DNA of 32,000 nucleotides from Desulfocapsa sulfexigens DSM 10523 (GTDB lineage Bacteria > Desulfobacterota > Desulfobulbia > Desulfobulbales > Desulfocapsaceae): contig NC_020304.1 in NCBI RefSeq assembly GCF_000341395.1, positions 870,001 to 902,000 of the forward strand, read 5' to 3'. A program made the position numbers and the translations under genes. The notes under the pieces are model-generated. The model made no database searches. It saw nothing but the letters and a program-made list of their open reading frames with translations, and was not told where the DNA came from. Positions within the stretch are counted from its first letter, which is position 1, and every line of letters begins with the position of its first letter. This document shows positions 25,856 through 32,000 of the stretch, in pieces.

Positions 25856-27490
25856 TTATCCTAAAATGGCCTTCAGGTCTTCATCTGGGGTGGAGATGGG
25901 CATGATATTGAAGTTCTCCACAAGGACATTTAGGACATTCGGGGTAATGAATGCCGGTAGACTGGGTCCGAGGCGGATATCCTTGATGCCCAGAGAGAAG
26001 AGGGACAGCAGGATGACCACAGCCTTTTGCTCGTACCAGGAAAGAACCAGTGACAGGGGCAGATCGTTAACCTCGCAGTCAAAGGCACCAGCCAGGGCTA
26101 CGGCAATCTGGACTGCAGAATAGGCGTCATTGCACTGTCCCACGTCAAGAAGACGGGGAATACCGCCGATATCGCCGAGCTTCTTGTCAAAGAAGCGGAA
26201 TTTTCCGCAAGCCAGCGTCAAAACCATGCAATCCTCCGGCACTTTCTCCACCAGTTCGGTGTAGTAATTGCGACCCGGCTTGGCACCGTCACAGCCGCCC
26301 ACCAGGAAGAAATGGCGGATGGCCTTGGCCTTCACCGCACCGATGACTTTGTCAGCTACACCTAACACGGCGTTGCGGGCAAAACCGACCATGACAGAAC
26401 CATTGTCAACCTTATCGGTAAAGCCATCCAGGGCCAGGGCACGATCGATAACAGCGCTGAAATCCTTTTCCCCGCTGCCTTCAACATGGGCCACGTCAGG
26501 CCAGCCTACCAGGCCGGTGGTAAAGACGTTGTCCTTATAGGAATCCGCCGGCTTCTGGATGCAGTTGGTGGTAAACAGAATGGCTCCCGGGAATTCGGGC
26601 ATCTCCTTCTGCTGGTTCTGCCAGGCAGTACCATAATGACCGTAAAAGTGCGGATATTTCTTTAGCTCCGGATAGCCGTGGCAGGGCAGCATTTCGCCGT
26701 GGGTGTAGATGGTAATCCCCTTGCCCTCGGTCTGTTTGAGCAGCATATCCAGATCTTTCAGGTCATGGCCGGTTACCAGAATACACTTGCCGGGAATATG
26801 GCCCAGGGGTACCTCAGTGGGTACCGGATGGCCATAGGTGCCGGTGTTACCCGCATCAAGAAGCTCCATGGCCTTAACATTCACCTCACCGGTCTTAAGT
26901 GCCATGGCCACCAGGTCATTTAGCTCCATCTTGCTGGTAATGGCAGCCATGGCCTCATGGATGAAGGCATAGACCGCATCGTCTTCTTTACCAAGGATGG
27001 CAGCATGGTCTGTGTAAGCGGCCAAGCCGCGAAGTCCATACATAATAATCTGCTTCAGGGAACGCAGGTCTTCATTGGCATCAAGGCCGGGGATGAAGTC
27101 CAGCGCCTTGCCCTGATCTTCAAGACCGGCAAGGCTGTCAGCGGGAGAGAAAGACAGGGCGGCAGCCGAGCTGGTCACCGTACCGCCAGCCGCTTCGACC
27201 TTAGCTCTCAGCTCGTCACGCAGGGTAATGGCCTCTCTGATCAGGGTCTCGAATCTGGCTGGATCGAAGTCAACGTTGGTGAGACAAGAAAAGATCGCTT
27301 CACAGGTGAAACGATCAACCCTGTTATCAACTACACCCACCTGACGTCCGGCATGGGCAACAAGAGAAAGTCCCTGTACCGCGTGGGTCAACAAATCCTC
27401 AAGGCCGGCGACCTCATCATTTTTTCCGCACACTCCTATCTTGGTGCAGGCAATACCCTTTACTGTCTGTTCACACTGGTTACAAAACAT
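25856..27490 (-). CDS. hcp: hybrid cluster protein (hydroxylamine reductase / NO reductase) Hcp
   Basis: The N-terminal Cys cluster is MFCNQCEQTVKGIACTKIGVCGK. The length (544 aa) and conserved blocks fit Hcp: ILVTGHDLKDL, YTHGEMLPCHGYP, YGTAWQNQ, LFTTNCIQ, FLVGGCDG, LTLACGKFRF and DVGQCNDAYSA. RBS AGAGGAG. Confidence 0.95.
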   Translation of the reverse strand: MFCNQCEQTVKGIACTKIGVCGKNDEVAGLEDLLTHAVQGLSLVAHAGRQVGVVDNRVDRFTCEAIFSCLTNVDFDPARFETLIREAITLRDELRAKVEAAGGTVTSSAAALSFSPADSLAGLEDQGKALDFIPGLDANEDLRSLKQIIMYGLRGLAAYTDHAAILGKEDDAVYAFIHEAMAAITSKMELNDLVAMALKTGEVNVKAMELLDAGNTGTYGHPVPTEVPLGHIPGKCILVTGHDLKDLDMLLKQTEGKGITIYTHGEMLPCHGYPELKKYPHFYGHYGTAWQNQQKEMPEFPGAILFTTNCIQKPADSYKDNVFTTGLVGWPDVAHVEGSGEKDFSAVIDRALALDGFTDKVDNGSVMVGFARNAVLGVADKVIGAVKAKAIRHFFLVGGCDGAKPGRNYYTELVEKVPEDCMVLTLACGKFRFFDKKLGDIGGIPRLLDVGQCNDAYSAVQIAVALAGAFDCEVNDLPLSLVLSWYEQKAVVILLSLFSLGIKDIRLGPSLPAFITPNVLNVLVENFNIMPISTPDEDLKAILG

Positions 27491-27575
27491 GCTAAATCTC
27501 CTCTATAAAATGGGGACATAAATAAATATGGTACAGTGACGGTCACGTCATCCTTCATTTATTTTCCTGATTACC

Positions 27576-27613
27576 ACTCCTCCTCAGCCTACCCGGCTGA
27601 GGAGGAGTTTTTT
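27576..27613 (+). terminator. strong hairpin plus T6, canonical only on the + strand (orphan terminator)
   Basis: A 14-bp stem, ACTCCTCCTCAGCC-taccc-GGCTGAGGAGGAGT, runs into a T6 tract. It lies in the 311-bp spacer between the cupin stop and the hcp start, and no + strand gene precedes it. Confidence 0.5.
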
Positions 27614-27801
27614 CGTGTTGATGATATGGGCATCTGCGGCCTGGACGGCCGCAGCAGAGCCCCCAGGGATGGGTTTATGGCGTCCCATATAATCGACACG
27701 GAACAACTCCGGGTTGCTAAGCTGAGTTTCGATGGTAATCAAGTTTATTTTTATTCTTCAAAACTTCATTGACTTGAATCAATACTTTTCTTTTTCTTAA
27801 T

Positions 27802-28122
27802 TTAAATCGGAGGGGTGATGGTGACCACGATACGCATATCGCTTTCCGCTTTAACCCCATGCGGCTCCCTTATTTCAGAAATAAGAATATCACCTGTTTT
27901 GGCAGGTATCTCAGCTTCATCCTTTCCCAGAAAATACCCACTCCCCTCGATGACATGGATGGAAAGCTGACCATCCAAATCATGGGAGTGGACCGGAAAG
28001 GTATGACCAGCAGAAAGATTGAAGTTGATTATTTTAAAATTGGGCGAATCCTGGACAAGGAAGAACCGTTTCATTCCGCCTTCCGTAAACTCTCTGGTCT
28101 CATCAAGACTTATCTTTTTCAT
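27802..28122 (-). CDS. small cupin-domain protein
   Basis: I trimmed the start to ATG 28122 (MKKISLDET...), 4 nt after GAGGAGGAG. The cupin motifs are GHTFPVHSHDLDGQLSIHVIEGSG and GDILISEIREPHGV. Confidence 0.8.
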   Translation of the reverse strand: MKKISLDETREFTEGGMKRFFLVQDSPNFKIINFNLSAGHTFPVHSHDLDGQLSIHVIEGSGYFLGKDEAEIPAKTGDILISEIREPHGVKAESDMRIVVTITPPI

Positions 28123-28209
28123 GGAACTCCTCCTCACATAAGGAAAGGATCCGAAGTAAAAACCACCTCGGACGACCTCTTTTGTTGTATCCGTATGTCC
28201 TGAACAGGA

Positions 28210-28398
28210 CTACTCATCTTCAAGTTCGATAGCACCGACCGGGCACGATTCCACCGCCTCCTCGCAGTTACAGGTGGAACACTTGTCAGATCCGATGACC
28301 CAGGATTTCTCGTCTCGGATTTCGAAAACTTCGGGACAGAGCTCGGCACATATTTCACAGCCAATACACAATTCATGATCAACGATAGGCTTTGCCAT
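28210..28398 (-). CDS. small single-cluster ferredoxin
   Basis: I trimmed the start to ATG 28398 (MAKPIVDHE...) after AAGGAGGA. It is 62 aa with CIGCEICAELCP and a distal C..C....SCP. It ends 87 nt upstream of the cupin start, so the two are probably co-transcribed. Confidence 0.85.
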   Translation of the reverse strand: MAKPIVDHELCIGCEICAELCPEVFEIRDEKSWVIGSDKCSTCNCEEAVESCPVGAIELEDE

Positions 28399-28410
28399 AA
28401 CATCCTCCTT

Positions 28411-28428
28411 TGTGAAATCATTTTCACA
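28411..28428. promoter_or_regulatory. perfect TGTGAA-N6-TTCACA palindrome abutting the ferredoxin RBS
   Basis: TGTGAAatcattTTCACA. On the coding strand it reads TATTATGTGAAAATGATTTCACAAAGGAGG, so a -10-like TATTAT overlaps the left arm and the RBS follows the right arm. Confidence 0.55.
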
Positions 28429-28501
28429 TAATAGGCAAAAAAATATTATCCCTGAAAGCCAAGCAAAAAAGTGCACAGCCCCAGGTTGTTTCTACTTGTC
28501 G

Positions 28502-29119
28502 TCATCCGGAACCCCGCTCGTTTTTTCCGGTCAGCAGCAGTCGAAAAAGTGGCCATGCTGCGCTGAAATGCCCCTCAACATCAAACTGTCCTTCACTCAT
28601 GTGCCAGAGCAGGGCCGCTGGCTGGACAATACCAAAAAACATCCTGGCTACGGCTCCAGGTTCCAGGCTACTCCGAATCTCTCCCTTAGCCTGTCCTTCA
28701 CGAATGATCTCTTCCAGTTCTGCGAGATAACTGCTGACGATAAAGAACATCTGTTGACGCCTGATCCGTTTCTGCCCCCACAACTCGTCGGAAAAGACGA
28801 TGCGCGGGATACCCTGGTTCTGGATGATCAGCCTGCTATGACGGACAAGCAATTCATGGAGGCGATCGACGGCGTTTTCTCTTATCTGCCGAACATTCAC
28901 TATATTTCTATAGAGTTTACCCCGTATATGTTCCAGGATTGCGCTTAAGATTGCATCCCTGTTTTTGAAGTGACGGTAGAGTGCCGAAGGGGCCAAACCC
29001 AGATGGGCGGCAATCTCAGTGACCTTCAGCTTTTTCACCTCGTTATCACTAAGGATGTGCAAGGCAGCTTCGACGATCTGTTCCTTCCGTATGCCCGAGG
29101 AAAGTTTTTCCGTAGTCAT
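28502..29119 (-). CDS. TetR/AcrR-family transcriptional regulator
   Basis: The N-terminal HTH is RKEQIVEAALHILSDNEVKKLKVTEIAAHLGLAPSALYRHFKNRDAIL. The C-terminal helical domain is TetR-like. RBS AAGGAG. Confidence 0.9.
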   Translation of the reverse strand: MTTEKLSSGIRKEQIVEAALHILSDNEVKKLKVTEIAAHLGLAPSALYRHFKNRDAILSAILEHIRGKLYRNIVNVRQIRENAVDRLHELLVRHSRLIIQNQGIPRIVFSDELWGQKRIRRQQMFFIVSSYLAELEEIIREGQAKGEIRSSLEPGAVARMFFGIVQPAALLWHMSEGQFDVEGHFSAAWPLFRLLLTGKNERGSG

Positions 29120-29134
29120 ATTATTTGCTCCTTA

Positions 29135-29178
29135 AGTGAACTTAAATTCACATTAGGCAGTCCCTGTTGTGTTGTCAA
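29135..29178 (-). promoter_or_regulatory. candidate sigma70 promoter of the TetR gene with overlapping TGTGAA-N6-TTCACT operator
   Basis: The minus strand reads TTGACA (29178-29173), a 17-nt spacer, then TAATGT (29155-29150). The -10 overlaps the palindrome TGTGAAtttaagTTCACT (29152-29135), which has 11 of 12 arm positions. The RBS AAGGAG follows immediately. Confidence 0.5.
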
Positions 29179-29216
29179 TCCCGAAAAAGACAAAATCAAG
29201 TTCCTATCACTATCGA

Positions 29217-29666
29217 CTACAAGTTGTTCAGCAAATCCAGTTGTTGGCGATCAAGTATGTTACTGGTATTGTAAACACAGCGAAGATGAACCATGCTTGC
29301 CTCAGCCTTCAACCCGGCAATGGCTTGAACGAGTGATTGTAGCTCATCGGGAGTCTTTCCCGATAAAATCCCCTCTGCAACCTGTTTCTCCAGCGGTGCA
29401 ATTTCCTGACCCAGTTTTCGAACATCTTCAATAGTTTCCTTCCTCACTACAAGCAGTTTGCCCTTCTGTTCTTCTGAAAGACGTAATTCCGGATTATCCC
29501 ACTGTTGCATCAGCAGCTGGGTAAGGTGAGGAATTTTACCTGTTATTAGAAAAGGAGGACTGTTTCCCTGTTTTCCATTCACCCTTCCCTGGGCCATAAG
29601 ATTAGCGGCTGACAGGGAGAGTATCATCATTAAAACAGCGACCAAGGCAATACGAGTTTTTGTCAT
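29217..29666 (-). CDS. periplasmic Spy/CpxP/ZraP-family-like protein
   Basis: Has a signal peptide (AANLMA-QG). The mature part is all-helical, with repeats of the LTxxQ type (LSEEQKGKL, LDRQQLDLL) typical of the CpxP superfamily. Confidence 0.6.
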   Translation of the reverse strand: MTKTRIALVAVLMMILSLSAANLMAQGRVNGKQGNSPPFLITGKIPHLTQLLMQQWDNPELRLSEEQKGKLLVVRKETIEDVRKLGQEIAPLEKQVAEGILSGKTPDELQSLVQAIAGLKAEASMVHLRCVYNTSNILDRQQLDLLNNL

Positions 29667-29740
29667 TTTTATTTATCCTTATTTTGTGCTCAGGGTGCCA
29701 AAACTAACAACCTGCTAATCGAACTGAAAGGAGTAACAAA

Positions 29741-29777
29741 TAAAGAGCACTGAAGAAAAGCTTTCAAGTGCTCTTTA
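29741..29777 (-). terminator. terminator hairpin after the OM beta-barrel gene
   Basis: On the minus strand, an 11-bp stem (TAAAGAGCACT with AGTGCTCTTTA) is followed by TTTGTT. Confidence 0.55.
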
Positions 29778-29822
29778 GTGTTCTTCTATAATGTCACGCT
29801 GAATACAGCTACGTTACAGTTC

Positions 29823-30440
29823 CTAAAAGCTGTAACGTAGTCCAAGCATCAGGTCATTGCTGTTAACATTGAAATCAGCACCATCAATGCTAGCCTCACT
29901 GGTACCAATAAACCTGTACTGAGCATCAACAGACCACTGGTCGTTGAAAGCATAGGCTACACCCCCAATGAACTGGTATGTGAATACATCGTCACTGTCG
30001 GAATCATTAAAGCCAGCGTCGTTGATGTCAAGTTTAGACCAGCCTATTCCGCCACCGACAAATGGTGTCCAGGCAGAGCCGGTATCAACATCGTAAAAAC
30101 CATTGACCATAAAGGAAAGAGTTTTCAGGTCGCCCTCGTTAAAGCTACCGTAATAGTTGTTGTAGTACGTTATATCAAGGTCATTCTTTTGTTTGATAAT
30201 CTCTAGTTCCATACGCATCGGGCTCACAAAATCATACCCTGCAGCAAGAGAACCTACAAAGCCGCTGTCATATGTCATTTTGGCTGTCCCGCCTCCATTT
30301 GGCATGTTGTCTATATCAGCATCCATACCCATACCTATGCCTATATTCCCCTTAATGTAAAAGGAATCTTTGGCGGCCATTGAACTCACAGGAGCAACGA
30401 GTACAGTCAGCGTTGCTACAGTTAATAAGGTTTTTTTCAT
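29823..30440 (-). CDS. small outer-membrane beta-barrel protein (OmpA-N / OmpW-like porin family)
   Basis: The signal peptide ends SSMAA. The sequence shows alternating amphipathic strands with aromatic girdles. The C-terminal signature is LMLGLRYSF, with a terminal Phe. Confidence 0.8.
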   Translation of the reverse strand: MKKTLLTVATLTVLVAPVSSMAAKDSFYIKGNIGIGMGMDADIDNMPNGGGTAKMTYDSGFVGSLAAGYDFVSPMRMELEIIKQKNDLDITYYNNYYGSFNEGDLKTLSFMVNGFYDVDTGSAWTPFVGGGIGWSKLDINDAGFNDSDSDDVFTYQFIGGVAYAFNDQWSVDAQYRFIGTSEASIDGADFNVNSNDLMLGLRYSF

Positions 30441-30517
30441 TTTATATTCCTCTTTTGAAAATTTAATAAAGATAAATATTTTCTTATATAATTTCTACAT
30501 CGACACAGATATAAGCT

Positions 30518-30826
30518 TTAGCGTTTCCGGCCACCTCCCCCACCACTCCCACGCCTTTGCTGAGTACTACTATCATCTCTTTTTGCATTGGCTGGTTGTC
30601 CAGTGTATTGCTGCCGTTCCTCTGGCGTCATATTCTGCATGCGCTCCTGCCATTCAGAACGAAAAGCATTACGCTCTTCCTCGCTTGCCTCCTGCAGAGT
30701 TCCCCGCGAGTTACTGAGTTCTTCATTACTCATGCTGGAATAATCGTTTACTGCCCATACCGGTGTTGCTGCTGTCATGAACGTCATGGTCAACATAATT
30801 GCTGTTTTTTGAATCTTGCATGTCAT
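30518..30826 (-). CDS. small secreted acidic protein with Gly/Arg-rich tail
   Basis: RBS GGAGGA lies 5 nt upstream. The signal peptide is MLTMTFMTAATPVWA. Repeated EE(E)R motifs occur (EEERNAFRSEW, TPEERQQY). The tail is RRGSGGGGGRKR. Confidence 0.6.
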   Translation of the reverse strand: MTCKIQKTAIMLTMTFMTAATPVWAVNDYSSMSNEELSNSRGTLQEASEEERNAFRSEWQERMQNMTPEERQQYTGQPANAKRDDSSTQQRRGSGGGGGRKR

Positions 30827-30895
30827 GATTTTTCCTCCATATTTTTTTGGGAATCATAATTCACAGGCCGTCTTAAGTTCCTCACCTGCTCCATC

Positions 30896-31714
30896 TCATT
30901 TGTTTTGGCTCTTGTTTCCAAGCAATTGTATGCCATTTCTTCCTACACCCTCACGATCCTTGAGGGTCGCATTCTTAGCCAGGTATACTTTTGCCCATAT
31001 TTCAATCGGTTCATGGCTGCCACCGCCCTGTGCACCTCCTTTTCCTCCCATTTTTTTGCCACCTCCTCCACCACCCCTTCCGCCTCGACCACCACCGGAA
31101 GATACTTTGCCGGATGGTTTTTCTGGTTTACCGGTCTCAAGCCCGACACCGATAGTGTTGTTTTTTTTTGAGTAAGTTAGTGGAACTTTCAGTTCATAAA
31201 CCAGATACCCTTGCTGCATTCCGAGTCGGACATATATCCCCATTTCTTCAGCTTTGTTCGTCGGTAATGTTTGACGGGTCTCTTCCACCCCACTGAGTAT
31301 GGCCAGGCTGTACTGTGTATCTTCCAGCATTTCCTCCATACCATTTCTTGTTTTATGGTCTGACATGCGTCCCGGGATCAGATTTTGTCTGGCAAGTGGG
31401 AACTGTAGGCCGAATGTTTTTCTGTTCTCTCCTGTGTCATCAAGCCATACGGTGAAACCGGTTCGCAAAAGCATCATATTGGTAACCTGGTTTCTACTTA
31501 ACAAGCGGATATAGAGACTATCCTCATCGTTCATCATAGACACTCGCACCCTGGAATTTTCATCAAAATACTGTGGATTTTCCGGCCAGGCAGCATCTCT
31601 ACCGTTTAAAGAAATCGGTTCAGTCCACTGGCTTTGCAGTTCCACTTCGTTACATCCAACCAGAGAGATGGTTACCAGAGGAATTAAGAGGGTAAGGAGC
31701 TTAGTTGGTTTCAT
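30896..31714 (-). CDS. lipoprotein of unknown function with internal Gly/Arg/Lys-rich segment
   Basis: The lipobox is ISLVGC. A beta-rich N-terminal domain follows (DEDSLYIRLL, GFTVWLD). The low-complexity segment is SSGGGRGGRGGGGGGKKMGGKGGAQGGGS. Confidence 0.65.
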   Translation of the reverse strand: MKPTKLLTLLIPLVTISLVGCNEVELQSQWTEPISLNGRDAAWPENPQYFDENSRVRVSMMNDEDSLYIRLLSRNQVTNMMLLRTGFTVWLDDTGENRKTFGLQFPLARQNLIPGRMSDHKTRNGMEEMLEDTQYSLAILSGVEETRQTLPTNKAEEMGIYVRLGMQQGYLVYELKVPLTYSKKNNTIGVGLETGKPEKPSGKVSSGGGRGGRGGGGGGKKMGGKGGAQGGGSHEPIEIWAKVYLAKNATLKDREGVGRNGIQLLGNKSQNK

Positions 31715-31841
31715 AATGTTCTCTCTTTTGTTTTTTGTTAAACCTCTTGACTTGAATCGATAATGATTTGTCGATTAGCCTTGGATTTTTCTAAAGTACA
31801 GCACTCTCTGACTGATTGCTGTTAAGCTCCGGTCAAGTTGT

Positions 31842-31856
31842 GTAAAGTTGTGTAAA
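31842..31856 (+). promoter_or_regulatory. CpxR-type box GTAAA-N5-GTAAA
   Basis: GTAAAgttgtGTAAA lies inside a perfect 10-bp tandem repeat, GTTGTGTAAA x2 (31837-31856). It sits 66 nt upstream of the response-regulator ATG, in the divergent intergenic region. Confidence 0.5.
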
Positions 31857-31921
31857 GCTATTACACTGATTAGAAATAGTGCAGTAGTATCCGAGAGAGA
31901 ATGATCTTCGGAGGAGACGAT

Positions 31922-32000
31922 ATGAAAACAATTTTAGTCATTGATGATGACAAAGAACTGTGCGAGTTGCTGGTTGAATTTTTACAGCCAGAAGGATTTA
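31922..32000 (+). CDS. OmpR/CpxR-like response regulator, first 26 codons (continues right of the window)
   Basis: RBS GGAGGAG. The translation MKTILVIDDDKELCELLVEFLQPEGF closely parallels the CpxR N-terminus as I remember it (MNKILLVDDDRELTSLLKELLEMEGF). Confidence 0.75.
   Translation, partial: MKTILVIDDDKELCELLVEFLQPEGF

Noticed and set aside
27536-27772. 78-aa + strand ORF and the 52-codon minus-strand frame (27584..27742) in the hcp upstream spacer
   Set aside because: Neither has a convincing start or RBS. The + ORF translation is featureless. The minus frame (…PELFRVDYMGRHKPIPGGSAAAVQAADAHII…) looks protein-like, but I could not assign it to a family. It has only a TTG start or an internal ATG, so it is at best a gene relic.
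30816-31175. Pro-rich 119-aa + strand ORF (…PPPPPLPPRPPPE…)
   Set aside because: It is the reverse complement of the Gly-rich coding segment of the lipoprotein gene, so it is an antisense artefact.
1-32000. Mobile elements, CRISPR arrays, tRNA/rRNA genes, toxin-antitoxin or phage-defence cassettes
   Set aside because: I looked for repeat-spacer periodicity, terminal inverted repeats, transposase, integrase or recombinase motifs, and cloverleaf-like GC stems. I found none. The only decay signatures are the ModA and HPP fragments and the TetR frameshift.

Overview
This is a 32-kb chromosomal segment with about 27 credible protein genes. I saw no rRNA, tRNA, CRISPR array, transposase or integrase. 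All family calls come from reading motifs in the translations; I ran no database search. The gene content (Hcp, HAO-type octahaem cytochrome, CbiK, c-haem sensor kinase, in-frame-TGA rhodanese) suggests an anaerobic Desulfobacterota-like host, but that is inference only.

Left to right:
(1) The 5' part of a MoxR AAA+ ATPase (-), which runs off the window and is absent from the ORF track.
(2) A tightly packed + operon at 1141-7872. It encodes an exported tandem-rhodanese protein whose catalytic-Cys codon is TGA, with a second TGA five codons later (candidate selenoprotein). It also encodes a hybrid sensor kinase with a periplasmic CXXCH motif and an asymmetric heterodimeric ABC exporter.
(3) A cobalamin riboswitch and terminator controlling a btuB-like receptor, a CbiK-like chelatase, a BtuF-like binding protein and ExbB-ExbD-TonB.
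(4) An NdvB-like GH17-GT2 glucan synthase, convergent with an LtaS/OpgB-like transferase and an SLT-domain protein.
(5) A TetR gene frameshifted in an A6 run, plus a DUF1566 lipoprotein. AT-rich spacers and a ModA fragment flank them.
(6) A roughly 9-kb all-minus-strand block. It holds an HAO-like octahaem cytochrome, an HPP-family remnant, a hemerythrin/DUF438/PAS protein, Hcp, a cupin, a ferredoxin and a TetR regulator. Next come a Spy/CpxP-like protein, an OM beta-barrel, two Gly-rich secreted proteins and a divergent CpxR-like response regulator with a perfect GTAAA-N5-GTAAA box.

The most interesting signals are:
- the double-TGA rhodanese operon;
- a repeated TGTGAA-N6-TTCACA operator that ties the local TetR regulator to the ferredoxin-cupin and DUF438-Hcp genes;
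- the partner-less HAO/Hcp island.
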